From: Acidobacteriota bacterium
GTDB lineage: Bacteria > Acidobacteriota > Thermoanaerobaculia > Multivoradales > UBA5704
Length of the DNA: 64,000 bases
NCBI GenBank assembly: GCA_040005235.1
Contig: JBDTZG010000004.1
Coordinates: forward strand, 150,392-214,391
Direction: 5' to 3'
A model generated the notes under the pieces. The model saw only the letters and a program-made list of their open reading frames with translations, was not told the DNA's origin and searched no databases. Made by a program: the position numbers and the translations under genes. Positions 52,025 through 61,633 of this stretch are shown in pieces; position 1 is the stretch's first letter, and each line of letters opens with the position of its first letter.

Positions 52025-52471
52025 ATGTCTCCGCGTAAGAACTACCTGGATGAGCTGGCCCGTATTCAGCAGCGCATCAACGCTCTCTTCGAGCAGGCTC
52101 TCCTGTCGACCGAGTTGGAGGACGGCCGCGAGCTTTCGCCTCCGGGATGCTGGTCGCCCGCGGTCGACGTTCTCGAAACCGAAGACGGCTATTCGGTCCA
52201 CGCCGAGCTGGCCGGGGTCCGGCGGGAAGACATCGATCTACAAGCCGAAGAGCGGCGGCTGGAAATCTCCGGCCGCCGCCAGCCCTCCGAAGAGCACCGC
52301 AGCTTCCTTCGCATGGAGCGCAGCTACGGCCGCTTCCGGCGGGTATTCGAGCTGGCCGAGCCGATTGATGTCGACGGGGTCTCCTCCCAGTTCGAACGCG
52401 GCGTGCTCCGCGTCACAGTGCCCAAGCGCCGTCCCGAGGGCAGCAAAATCACCCCTCGCCAGGAGGTCTGA
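52025..52471 (+). CDS. Hsp20/alpha-crystallin small heat-shock protein
   Basis: WSPAVDVLE, ELAGV, ERSYGRFRR, GVLRVTVPK. Confidence 0.93.
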   Translation: MSPRKNYLDELARIQQRINALFEQALLSTELEDGRELSPPGCWSPAVDVLETEDGYSVHAELAGVRREDIDLQAEERRLEISGRRQPSEEHRSFLRMERSYGRFRRVFELAEPIDVDGVSSQFERGVLRVTVPKRRPEGSKITPRQEV

Positions 52472-52472
52472 C

Positions 52473-52856
52473 GTGGCACGTCGGCGCAAGGCGGACGAAA
52501 CCCCCTTCGTGATGATCAGCGTGGTCTCCGAGCGTTTCGGAATCCACCCCCAGACCCTCCGGCTGTATGAACGGGAAGGGCTGATCAAACCGGTTCGCAG
52601 CGCCGGCAACACCCGGCTCTACGACGAGATTGCCATCCGCCGCCTGAAGATGATCCTCGCCCTCACCCGCGACATGGGAGTCAACCTCGCCGGGGTCGAA
52701 GTCATCCTCAACCTCCAAGAACGCCTCGACGAAGTCCAAGGCGAGCTCGACAAAGTCATGGAGTTCGTCCGCCAGGAGATCTCCGACCGAAGGGCCGGGG
52801 TGGACCGCCAGCATGCTTTGGTGAAGGTGGAGCGGGGGGCGTTGGTTAAGCGGTAG
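52473..52856 (+). CDS. hspR: HspR-like MerR family heat-shock repressor
   Basis: GTG 52473 after AGGAGG; ISVVSE..IHPQTLRLYEREGLIKP.RS.GNTRLY, LTRDMGVNLAGV. Confidence 0.9.
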   Translation: MARRRKADETPFVMISVVSERFGIHPQTLRLYEREGLIKPVRSAGNTRLYDEIAIRRLKMILALTRDMGVNLAGVEVILNLQERLDEVQGELDKVMEFVRQEISDRRAGVDRQHALVKVERGALVKR

Positions 52857-52869
52857 AGGGGCCTGCCGT

Positions 52870-54150
52870 TCATGCCTCCGCGAGCAACACTTCGATCAGC
52901 CCCTCGAACTCCTTCTTGAGCTCCGCGAAGTGCTCGCCGGTTCCCGGTCCGTCGAAGCCGGAGTGGATCTTTCGCGCCTTGCCGTCGCGGCCGAGGAAGA
53001 CGGTGGTGGGGAAGGAAGCCACGCGGGTGAGATCGGGGAGCGCCGCTCCGGCTTCTTTCTTGTCGTTGGTTCCCGCGAGCAGCAGCGGGTACGAGATGCC
53101 GTACCGTACTCCAAAGCGGCGGACGAATTCGCGATCGCGGTTGGCGTCGCCGGTGACTTCGAAGGCCAGTCCGACGATCTCCAGGCCGCGGTCGCCGTAG
53201 CGCTTGTGCAGGGAGGCTAAATACGGCCCCTCGTCGTTGCAGTTCGGGCACCAGGAGCCGAACAGGTTGACGATCACGACTTTGCCGGCGAAGCGGGGAT
53301 CGTCGAGCGTCACGGGCTTGCCCGCGAGATCCGGGAAGCTGAATCGGAGCTTCCCCTCGGGGTTGGTCAGGCCGACTTCCTGCCAGGCATCCGGTAGCAC
53401 CGCTTCGTGCTCGGAGGCCCGTCGGGCGGTCCAGGTCGCGTGGTAGCTGTCGCGCGACCAGAAATCGCCGCGTAGCGTGCCGCCCGGTTCGGCGTGGGCC
53501 TGGTAGAGGAATGCATGGGCGCCGTCGAAAGCCGAAAGGCGCAAGATTCCGCCCTCGTAGCTCCCTTCGAGATAGCGATGGTCGCCGGTCGGCGTGCGAA
53601 ACGTCCCCGTGACCCGCGAGCTTTCCTGCTTCAGCTCGGCCTCGGCCGGGGAGGTTCCCTCCTCGTCGACGAATTCGACCGCCCAAGGGCCGGAGACGCT
53701 CGGAATCGCGCTCGCATCGTTCGCCGCCAGGGCCGGAATCCCGGCCTCGGAAGCGGGGCGAAACCGGGGTGGCGGTGCGGAACCGATCCGGTGGGCGACC
53801 ATCGGCATCGAAGCGTAGCCGACCTTCGCGCGCTTCTCCCATTTCCCGGTGAGCGCGTCGCCCTCGATCGTGGCGACGATTCGGGAGTCGTAGCCGTCGA
53901 AGCGGAGGGTCAGCTCAGAGCCTTTCAGCTCGACAGCCGAGACCGGGGCCTCTTCCGAGCCGTTCTGCACCACCGCCCGGAGCCCCTGGGGACCCGAATC
54001 GATCCGTAATCCGAACGGCAACTCGCCGCCCGGAGAGGTGAACACGCCGCGCCATTGGCCGGCCGGGGAAGGTGCCGGGCGGCAGGAGAGGAGCGCGAGA
54101 GCGAAGAGCGAAAAAAGGGCGAGCGAAACGGTCGATCGATGGGAGCGCAT
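52870..54150 (-). CDS. TlpA-family thiol-disulfide oxidoreductase lipoprotein with N-terminal beta domains
   Basis: Lipobox LLSC; GSWCPNC, SFPT cis-Pro. Confidence 0.9.
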   Translation of the reverse strand: MRSHRSTVSLALFSLFALALLSCRPAPSPAGQWRGVFTSPGGELPFGLRIDSGPQGLRAVVQNGSEEAPVSAVELKGSELTLRFDGYDSRIVATIEGDALTGKWEKRAKVGYASMPMVAHRIGSAPPPRFRPASEAGIPALAANDASAIPSVSGPWAVEFVDEEGTSPAEAELKQESSRVTGTFRTPTGDHRYLEGSYEGGILRLSAFDGAHAFLYQAHAEPGGTLRGDFWSRDSYHATWTARRASEHEAVLPDAWQEVGLTNPEGKLRFSFPDLAGKPVTLDDPRFAGKVVIVNLFGSWCPNCNDEGPYLASLHKRYGDRGLEIVGLAFEVTGDANRDREFVRRFGVRYGISYPLLLAGTNDKKEAGAALPDLTRVASFPTTVFLGRDGKARKIHSGFDGPGTGEHFAELKKEFEGLIEVLLAEA

Positions 54151-54211
54151 GCCGGGATTCTAAGCGCTCCGGCGGCCGGTTCGCCCGGAGCCCGCGTGCT
54201 ACCATCGATCG

Positions 54212-55051
54212 GTGGTCGAAAACGGGGTATCGAGTGCCTGTCCGGAGTGCGGCGGGCGGGGGTGGGTCGTCGCGGCGGACGGTGGCAACGGCACCGCCCG
54301 GGCCTGCGTTTGCCGGGAGCGCGATCGCGTGCCGCGGCTGTTTGGGGCGGCGGGAATCCCTGAGCGCTACCGGCGCTGCCGCCTGGGGACGTTCGACCGC
54401 AGCCACAACAACCCGCGGGTCAAGGACCAGTTGTTGCGGGCGTTTCGCGAGAGCGAGCGCTACGTCGACGAGTTCATGAACGCGGAGGGGGAGTTCCGCG
54501 AGTCGGGGTTGATCTTCTTCGGCCCGCCCGGTACGGGGAAGACCCATCTGGCGGTCGCCGTGCTCTCCGAGCTGATCGAGCGCTACGGCGCCCACGGCCG
54601 GTTCGTCAATTTCAACGAGCTGGTCCAGCAGATCAAGGCAACGTTCGATCCCAGCTCGGAAGAATCTTCGGCGGAGATTTTCGAGCCGCTCTCCCGAGCC
54701 GAGCTGCTCGTGTTCGACGAGCTGGGCGCGCAGAAGCAGACGCCCTGGGTGAACGACCTGTTGTACCTGATCTTGAACCAGCGCTACGTCCAGCGGCTGC
54801 CGACGATCTTCACCACCAACTATCTGCTGCAGCCCGGGCGGGCCGAGGCACCGGCTCCCGCCATGGGGCCTCGTTCGCTCGATCGCGGCGCCGACGCTCC
54901 GGCCGCTCCGGCCGTAGAAATCACCAAGATGCTTTCCTCCCGCCTACCCGCGCCCCTGGTGTCGCGAATTTTCGAGATGGCCAAGCCGATCGACATGACG
55001 TCGGCGACCGATTTTCGGCGCGAAGTGCTGATGCATGGCAAACACTCCTGA
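54212..55051 (+). CDS. DnaC/DnaI/IstB-like AAA+ helicase loader with Zn-finger
   Basis: CPECGG...CVC, GIPERY, GPPGTGKTHLA, LLVFDELG, TIFTTN, SRIFEM. Confidence 0.88.
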   Translation: MVENGVSSACPECGGRGWVVAADGGNGTARACVCRERDRVPRLFGAAGIPERYRRCRLGTFDRSHNNPRVKDQLLRAFRESERYVDEFMNAEGEFRESGLIFFGPPGTGKTHLAVAVLSELIERYGAHGRFVNFNELVQQIKATFDPSSEESSAEIFEPLSRAELLVFDELGAQKQTPWVNDLLYLILNQRYVQRLPTIFTTNYLLQPGRAEAPAPAMGPRSLDRGADAPAAPAVEITKMLSSRLPAPLVSRIFEMAKPIDMTSATDFRREVLMHGKHS

Positions 55052-55997
55052 CGCGGCGGTTCGCCTGACGGCGATCGACTGCGTGTCCCGGGGTGTGGCG
55101 AGCTTGCGGGCCAGCTGGCGGCTGTTGATCGGGGTTCGGCTGGTCCGGAATCTGATCCTCTTCGCACTCCTGGCCACCAGCCTGATCTTACCGGCCTTGG
55201 CGCTCGGGCTCGATCTCTTCCTCGATCTGCCGACAAAACTCGCCAGTCTCAACGATCTCGACAATTTCGACAGCGGCCTCGAAGGGTTCTCCGATCTGAC
55301 CGACCGGTTGGTCTGGACGCCGAAGCTGATCGCGGCGCTCCTCGCGATGGCCGCCCTCTGGTTGATCGCGGGCTACGTCTACTGCTTCTTCCAGGCAGGC
55401 ACCTACGGAGTGCTCGCCGCAGCGGACCGTGAAACCACCAAAGCGCGGGCGTTCCGCTGGGCGGACTTCATCGCACGGGGTACTGCCGGGCTCAGCCGCT
55501 ACTTCGCTCTCGCCAACCTTTATGGCGTCTTTCTGGGAGCGGCGTTGGCCTTCGCCTTGGTCGGAACGGCCGCGGTCGCGAGCGCCGCGGCGACCTGGGG
55601 CACTCTCGCTGCCCTAGGAATCGGCTGCGTCGGCCTCTTTCCGATCTTTCTGCTGTTTCTCGTGAGCGGGATCTGGTACGAGATCGCCTGCGCCGATCTC
55701 GCCCGCGAGGAGTCGAGCGTCAAAGTCGCGAGCCGCCGCGCGTTCCAAATCATGCGCCGCAGGCTGGGAGCGGTCGCCCTTCTCCTGGTATTGTTCGGCG
55801 CGGCATCGATGGCTATCTGGCTCGCGCTGTTCCCGCTTTCCGCCATGGTCGCGTTCCTCGCGAACGGACGGTCGCCCGTGGCCTACGCGGGCCAAGGCCT
55901 CCTTCAGCTCGTGGGTTCCCTGCCGGGCGCCGCCCTGGAAACGATTTTGGCCGGCACCTGGATCGCTCTTGCCCGCTCGGAGGCGCTCGGAGCGTGA
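55035..55997 (+). CDS. Multi-pass membrane protein, unknown function
   Basis: About 6 hydrophobic helices; overlaps both neighbouring genes. Confidence 0.7.
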   Translation: MANTPDAAVRLTAIDCVSRGVASLRASWRLLIGVRLVRNLILFALLATSLILPALALGLDLFLDLPTKLASLNDLDNFDSGLEGFSDLTDRLVWTPKLIAALLAMAALWLIAGYVYCFFQAGTYGVLAAADRETTKARAFRWADFIARGTAGLSRYFALANLYGVFLGAALAFALVGTAAVASAAATWGTLAALGIGCVGLFPIFLLFLVSGIWYEIACADLAREESSVKVASRRAFQIMRRRLGAVALLLVLFGAASMAIWLALFPLSAMVAFLANGRSPVAYAGQGLLQLVGSLPGAALETILAGTWIALARSEALGA

Positions 55998-58348
55998 GGC
56001 GCGCCGTCTTGCAGGTGCTTGCGACACTGCTCGCGACACTGCTCGCAACCGCCTGTTCCAGTAGCCCGCACCCGCGGTCGCGCCCCTCGGCACCCGGCAA
56101 GCCGGCGCCCAAGGCGGCTCCGAAAACTCCTCCGAAGACGGTGGCGCCGGTGGCGCCGAAACCTGCGCCGGTCACACCCGCGCCAAAACCCGCCGCCCCC
56201 AGATCCGAGCCGAACGTGGCGCCGCCTGCTCCGACGCCGATCGTGCTGAGCGCGCCACCCGTCCCACCCGTCCAACGATCGCGCAAGTTGCCGACGGGCA
56301 ATCCGCTGATCAAGATCGGTCTCGCGAGCGACATGCCGACCGTCCTCCTGCCCTGCTGCGAGAGCGACGTCCGAGTTCAGGTCGGCAACGATCCGCGGCC
56401 GGTCGCGATCGTTTCGCCGATCCGGGTCGAACCTGCCGCGGGGCCTGCCGAGCTTGGGGTCTATCGCATTCAGGTGGCGGCGTTGCGCGACGAGGGGCAG
56501 GCGAGCGGATTGGCCGCGAGCCTTGCCGATCGGCTGGGCCAGCCGGCGGATTCCCATTTCGACGCTGGAGGCGATCTCTACCGGGTGCGGGTCGGCCGCT
56601 ACGCAACGAAAGAGGCGGCCGATGCCGATCTGAAGCGCCTGTCGAGCCTGGGCGTCACCGATGCCTGGGTCGTCTCGGAGGGGGCGCACATCTCCGCTCC
56701 GGCGCTGCGGATCACCCAGAATGGCGAGTCCAAGGTGTATCCCGGGCGCTGGCTCGCGGTCTACACCTCGGGCGACCGCGGGATCGCCGCCGAGGGGAAG
56801 CGCTACCGCGGGCGCCTGCTGGTCTTTCTGAACGATCGCGGCTCGCTCAACCTGATCGACGAGCTGCCTTTGGAAGAGTACCTGCGCGGCGTGGTGCCGA
56901 GCGAGATGGGGCCGGAACAGTATCCGCGGATCGAGGCGATCAAGGCGCAGACGGTGGCCGCCCGGACCTACGCTCTGCGCAACCTCGGCGAATTCTCTCG
57001 CGAGGGCTACGACATCTGTGCCACGCCGCGCTGCCAGGTCTACGGCGGCATGGGGGTCGAGCATCCCGTGTCCGATCGCGCGATCGCGGAGACCGCGGGC
57101 CAGGTCCTGCTCTACAACGGCGATCTGATCGACGCGCTCTACAGCTCGACTTGCGGCGGGCACACCGAGGACGTGAGCATCATGTTCCCGTTCAAGCACG
57201 ATCCCTACCTAAAAGCCGTGCCCTGCGTCGAAGCGGGAAGCGACAGGCTCGAAGGGACCTATCCCCCCGGCGAGGCGTTTCCGGCCGGGCTCGCGCGCAG
57301 GCTGTTTCCGCCCTCGCCGGGCGCCGCTCCCGAGACGAACCTGGAGGCGCGGCTGGAGCATCTGGGATTGCTCGCGGGACTCGCCATGCCGGAGCAGCGG
57401 CTCGCCTCGCTCGATCGGCGCGAGGTCCAGCGCTTCCTGTTCTCGGCGTTCGACTTGAACCTGGACGCCCGGCTGCTGATGGCGAAGGAAGACATCGCCT
57501 ATCTGCTCCAGGATGCTCCCGCCGATTGGCTCGACGACGACCGCATGCGCGCCGCCTACCTACGGAAGAACGGCTTGTTGGGCGGCGCCCTGGGCAACTC
57601 CGTCGCCGACGCCGAGCAGGACGCGCTGCTGATCGCCCTCGCCGAGCGCCTCCAGGTGATGCGGCGCGAGCCGGTCTCGTACCTCTCGGTCGCCGACGGC
57701 AGGATGGTGGTCCGGGCGGATAAAGAGGATCGAATACAGGTGTTGCCCACTTCGTTCGGGACGTTTCGCCGGACCGGCGACCTGGTCTCTTCCGGACCTC
57801 TCCGATTGGTCGCGGGCGACCGGTTGACCTTCTACTGGCTGGGCGGCTCGCTCGCCGCGATCCTTCAGGACGTCGATCTCGCGGGGGTCGCGTTCGATCG
57901 CAGCAGCACCTACTCCTCGTGGACCCGGTTCCGGAGCGACGCCCAGATCGCCAAGCAGATGCAGGCACGTTTCCCCGGTGTCGGGTTCTCGGGCCAGATG
58001 GACATTCTCACCCGCGGCGTCTCCGGCCGGGTGGGGCAGATCCGGATCTACGGCGACGGCACCAACGGCGGCCCGCCGAGCGTGGTGGTCGCGGGCCTGC
58101 CGATCCGCTGGACGCTCGACATTCCCGACACCCTGTTCACCATGAAGCGCTTGGAGCCGCCGCAGGGTGAAAAAGGCTGGCTGTTCGTCGGCCGCGGCTG
58201 GGGGCATGGCGTCGGCATGTGCCAGGTGGGCGCCTACGGCATGGCCCAGCGGGGGCATACCTACCGGGAAATCCTGCTCCACTACTACAGCGGCGCCGAT
58301 CTCGCCAGGTTGAAACCGGCGGTCGCTGTGCCCCCACCGTCGCCTTAA
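55994..58348 (+). CDS. SpoIID/LytB lytic transglycosylase lipoprotein with SPOR domain
   Basis: Lipobox ATAC, Pro-rich linker, SPOR (YRIQVAAL, YRVRVG), EEYLRGVVPSEM, KAQTVAARTY, GWGHGVGMCQ.GA. Confidence 0.9.
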   Translation: MRRAVLQVLATLLATLLATACSSSPHPRSRPSAPGKPAPKAAPKTPPKTVAPVAPKPAPVTPAPKPAAPRSEPNVAPPAPTPIVLSAPPVPPVQRSRKLPTGNPLIKIGLASDMPTVLLPCCESDVRVQVGNDPRPVAIVSPIRVEPAAGPAELGVYRIQVAALRDEGQASGLAASLADRLGQPADSHFDAGGDLYRVRVGRYATKEAADADLKRLSSLGVTDAWVVSEGAHISAPALRITQNGESKVYPGRWLAVYTSGDRGIAAEGKRYRGRLLVFLNDRGSLNLIDELPLEEYLRGVVPSEMGPEQYPRIEAIKAQTVAARTYALRNLGEFSREGYDICATPRCQVYGGMGVEHPVSDRAIAETAGQVLLYNGDLIDALYSSTCGGHTEDVSIMFPFKHDPYLKAVPCVEAGSDRLEGTYPPGEAFPAGLARRLFPPSPGAAPETNLEARLEHLGLLAGLAMPEQRLASLDRREVQRFLFSAFDLNLDARLLMAKEDIAYLLQDAPADWLDDDRMRAAYLRKNGLLGGALGNSVADAEQDALLIALAERLQVMRREPVSYLSVADGRMVVRADKEDRIQVLPTSFGTFRRTGDLVSSGPLRLVAGDRLTFYWLGGSLAAILQDVDLAGVAFDRSSTYSSWTRFRSDAQIAKQMQARFPGVGFSGQMDILTRGVSGRVGQIRIYGDGTNGGPPSVVVAGLPIRWTLDIPDTLFTMKRLEPPQGEKGWLFVGRGWGHGVGMCQVGAYGMAQRGHTYREILLHYYSGADLARLKPAVAVPPPSP

Positions 58349-58374
58349 AGCCAACCAGGCCGTTCGCGTCTCCC

Positions 58375-58491
58375 CCCAGGCCTTCAGCCTTGGCTAACGT
58401 GACGCGACCCTTCAGGCCGCGAAAACAGCCCAGCGCCTAGCTTTTACGGCCTGAAGGGCCGTGTCACCTTAGCCCAGGCTGAAGGCCTGGG
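58375..58491. repeat. REPIN-like long inverted repeat between convergent genes
   Basis: 45-bp arms 58375-58419 and 58447-58491 (CCCAGGCCTTCAGCC...CCCTTCAGGCCG and its near reverse complement). Confidence 0.85.
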
Positions 58492-58529
58492 TCGCCTGGC
58501 TCGGGACGCATGCGTCGCCCTCGGGCCCC

Positions 58530-59621
58530 CTACGCCCCCCACACCCGATCCCGCGATCGGCCTTCCTGTTTGCTGCGGTAGAGCGCCTGATCGGCTTTTT
58601 CGGTCAGCTCGGAGAGTGAGCGCCCGTCTTTGGGATAGGCGGCGACGCCGGTCGAGATCGAGACCGGGATTTGGGTCTCGCCCACGGTGAGCGGATGGCG
58701 TTCGAGGTAGGTCCGGACCCTGCGGCAATAGGCGAGGGCACCATCGCTCGAGGTGCCCGCCAAGCGGACGATGAACTCGTCGCCGCCGATCCGCGAGCAG
58801 AGGTCGTCGCCGCTTCGGGCCGCGCTGCGGATGCCGTCGGCGACGATCCGGATCAGCTCCGACCCTTGGCCGTGGCCATAGGTGTCGTTGACCTGTTTCA
58901 ATCCGTCGATGTCGACCATCACGATCGAATACGCCGAGGCGAGCGAGCCGCGCAGGTCGGCCGAGGTGGTGAAGAACCGCAGATTCGGCAGGCCGGTCAG
59001 CTCGTCCGTGTGCGCCGCGACGTAGAGCGACCGGTGCAGGCTCACGCCGAGCGGGCCGGCCTCGGCGCAGAAATAAGCGACCAGCCAGAGCCCGATCAAC
59101 GGCCAAACCAGGTGCCCGATCAACGCCGGCCATTCTTCTCTCGGTCCGACCGGGCCGAACCTGCCGTCGAGCGGCAGCAGCACCGCCAGCATCAACAGCG
59201 AGGCGAGCCCCGCCTTGGCGTAAGTCTGGCGGCGGGCGGCGGCGGGCGCGCTCTCGTAAAGCACGATGTAGTAGAGGAAGAAGAGCGGGCTTTCGGTAGC
59301 GCCGGAAAACAGCACGACGGCGGTGATCCAGAGCAGGTCGATCCACCCTTCGATCCAGACCCGCCGGTCGACCGAAAATCGCGCGAGCAGCCGCGAGTGG
59401 AGGGTGAGCGTATAGAGCATCATCACGCTCGCGAGGCTCCAAAGGATCAGCCGATCGGCCTGCGGCTGAATCAGCGGATAGAGCACCACCAACGCCGAGG
59501 CCAGGTAATGGAGGTTGCGGACCAGCAGCGAGTACGAACGGAATCGCTCCCGTTCGATCGCGGCGAGCGCGTTCGAGGGTTCGAGCGTTCGGTCGGGAGG
59601 GCTCGTGGGCGTGGCGGCCAT
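58530..59621 (-). CDS. Membrane-bound diguanylate cyclase (GGDEF)
   Basis: ATG 59621; ~5-6 TM helices, DELTGLPN, DIDGLKQVNDTYGH, RIGGDEF, ADQALYRSK.GR. Confidence 0.92.
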   Translation of the reverse strand: MAATPTSPPDRTLEPSNALAAIERERFRSYSLLVRNLHYLASALVVLYPLIQPQADRLILWSLASVMMLYTLTLHSRLLARFSVDRRVWIEGWIDLLWITAVVLFSGATESPLFFLYYIVLYESAPAAARRQTYAKAGLASLLMLAVLLPLDGRFGPVGPREEWPALIGHLVWPLIGLWLVAYFCAEAGPLGVSLHRSLYVAAHTDELTGLPNLRFFTTSADLRGSLASAYSIVMVDIDGLKQVNDTYGHGQGSELIRIVADGIRSAARSGDDLCSRIGGDEFIVRLAGTSSDGALAYCRRVRTYLERHPLTVGETQIPVSISTGVAAYPKDGRSLSELTEKADQALYRSKQEGRSRDRVWGA

Positions 59622-61633
59622 CAGCGGGTGGTCCGAGCGTCGCAATCCGGGACGGTCCGCACGCGCAGCGACGAGATCTCGCCGAAAACCGGGTGCAGAT
59701 TGGCTTCGAGGCCGAGCGCCAAGCGAGTCTTGACGAGATCCATGGGCGATTCTCCCCCGGTTCCGAGCGGAGGCCAAGAGAGGATCAGACGACCCAGGCC
59801 GGGCGTGATCAGCCGGCGCGGGATCAAGAGAGTGGTACGCCCCCACGACTTGCCGACCGCCATTTCGCCCCCGGTGGTCTGCCCGCCGCTCGGGTCCCGA
59901 TAGCCGACCTGAACTACGGCGCCCGGGACGGTGCAGCCGGGGGAGCGCAGGACCGCACGGATCTCCAGATCCGCATCGCCCGAGGCGATCAAGGCGAAAG
60001 AGGTTGCCGGCCAGGGCGAACGAAGGAAGGCGCGCCGCGCCAGATCCTCGTAGTCGAGCAGATCGGCGAAGAACTGTTCGAGCGGCTCCCAGATCCAAGG
60101 CGCGCGAGCCAGCTCGGTCCACTTAGGCCCGACCGCTCGGGCGAGCAGGTGCTGCTCCAGGTCGTTGGCCAAGGCAGGGCTCCGTTCACCGAGGACGATT
60201 TGCGCGGCCGAGAGCACTTCGGCGTCGAGATAATCCCAGCGCCAGCCATGGGGGAGCCCTAGGCGGCAGGGAGAGAGCAGATTCCTCCGTTGCGCTACGG
60301 TCGCGACCGCCGGGAGCGGCGCGGTGCGCGCCTCGATCAGATCGCGAAGGGCGCCTTCGGCATGCGGCGAGAGCGCAAGCGCCTCGGCGAGAAACGGTTC
60401 GAGAAATCCGGACTTCTCCTGCAAGGCCAGGAGCCGATGCGCGCCATGAATCGCCGCGCCGAGCCGCGCGGTCGCTTCGACCTCTGGAGGGATCTCGATC
60501 CCGCTCGCGAGGTCCAGAATCTGCCGCCAACCCGACAGGGGAACGACCGACTCGCCGAGGAACGGCAGCACCTCGTGAGCGACCGCCGCGGCCGCGATAC
60601 GCATTCCTTCGCTGGTCAGATGGCAGTAGTCGAGAAAGAACCGCCGCCCAGGCAGGAGTGAGCCGGAGGCCTCCGCGAACAGCGCCCGAAGATCGATCCG
60701 CAGCCAGCGATGGCGATCGGCGGCGGCGTTCAGAATTTCGGTGGCTTGGCTCGTCGCCTGCGGCGCGCCGAGGTTCGCGAGCAGCGGGTAGGCGGCGGCA
60801 TCGATCTCGGCCCGGAAGGCGCTCGCCGCTTCGTCGATCCGGCCGAGCGCCTGGAGCGCGCGGCCGAGCAGCCGGTATCCCGTGGGGCAGAGGCCGCCGT
60901 CGAGCCGGAGCAGAGAGCGGGCCGACTGCGCGGCGATCCGCGCATCGCCCCGAAGGAGCGCCTCCTTCCCCTCCCCGAGCAGACGGTGCCATCGGTTCGT
61001 GGCTTCGGCGTCGAGCCCTGCCGCCGGCTGGAGATTTTCCCAATCGTCCAGGTTCACCTCGGGGATCACGACCACGACCGGGATGCCGATCGCTTGGGCC
61101 AGCGCCGCGATCCGGTCGAGCGCCGCGTTCGCCCGCTCGGCGAGGCGGCGGCGCGCTTCGGCCACCGGCTCACCCAGCCCCTTCGCCAACAGCTCGCCAA
61201 ACCGGACGCGGGCGGCGGCTGAGGGTGCTGCGGCCGACAACTCCGGCGTTTCGAGCAGGTTCCAGTTGTTTCCCGTGTAAAGGACCAGCAGGTCGGGCTG
61301 AATCTGAATAGACGCCTCGACCGTTTCGGCCATTCCGAGCAGCGTCTCGTTGGTCCGGGCGAGATCGATCACCTCGGTGAGATTCGGCACCGCGGCGTCC
61401 AGGGTGGCGCCCAAGATCTTTGCGAGCGTCACGGCCGGGGCGTAGAGATATCCGGCCGCCGCCGATTCGCCGAACAGGACCACCCGCAGCGGCAGCTCGG
61501 AACGCTTCGGCCGTAGAACCGGGGCGTCGGCGAAGTGGTCGCCCAACGGCGAGGGCTCCGGGCGAACGAAGGCGAGCCCGCCGTCTGCCCCGCGGACGGG
61601 TGCCCAGATCGAAATCGGTCGCGGCTCAGACAA
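59621..61633 (-). CDS. SGNH-like hydrolase with TPR-like insertion
   Basis: VLFGESAAAG, YTGNN, FLDYCHLTSEG blocks; helical TPR-like insert. Confidence 0.65.
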   Translation of the reverse strand: MSEPRPISIWAPVRGADGGLAFVRPEPSPLGDHFADAPVLRPKRSELPLRVVLFGESAAAGYLYAPAVTLAKILGATLDAAVPNLTEVIDLARTNETLLGMAETVEASIQIQPDLLVLYTGNNWNLLETPELSAAAPSAAARVRFGELLAKGLGEPVAEARRRLAERANAALDRIAALAQAIGIPVVVVIPEVNLDDWENLQPAAGLDAEATNRWHRLLGEGKEALLRGDARIAAQSARSLLRLDGGLCPTGYRLLGRALQALGRIDEAASAFRAEIDAAAYPLLANLGAPQATSQATEILNAAADRHRWLRIDLRALFAEASGSLLPGRRFFLDYCHLTSEGMRIAAAAVAHEVLPFLGESVVPLSGWRQILDLASGIEIPPEVEATARLGAAIHGAHRLLALQEKSGFLEPFLAEALALSPHAEGALRDLIEARTAPLPAVATVAQRRNLLSPCRLGLPHGWRWDYLDAEVLSAAQIVLGERSPALANDLEQHLLARAVGPKWTELARAPWIWEPLEQFFADLLDYEDLARRAFLRSPWPATSFALIASGDADLEIRAVLRSPGCTVPGAVVQVGYRDPSGGQTTGGEMAVGKSWGRTTLLIPRRLITPGLGRLILSWPPLGTGGESPMDLVKTRLALGLEANLHPVFGEISSLRVRTVPDCDARTTR

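Noticed and set aside
54212-55051. IS21 IstB or prophage replication gene
   Set aside because: No IstA, terminal repeats or phage genes; it sits in an operon with envelope genes, so more likely a chromosomal helicase loader
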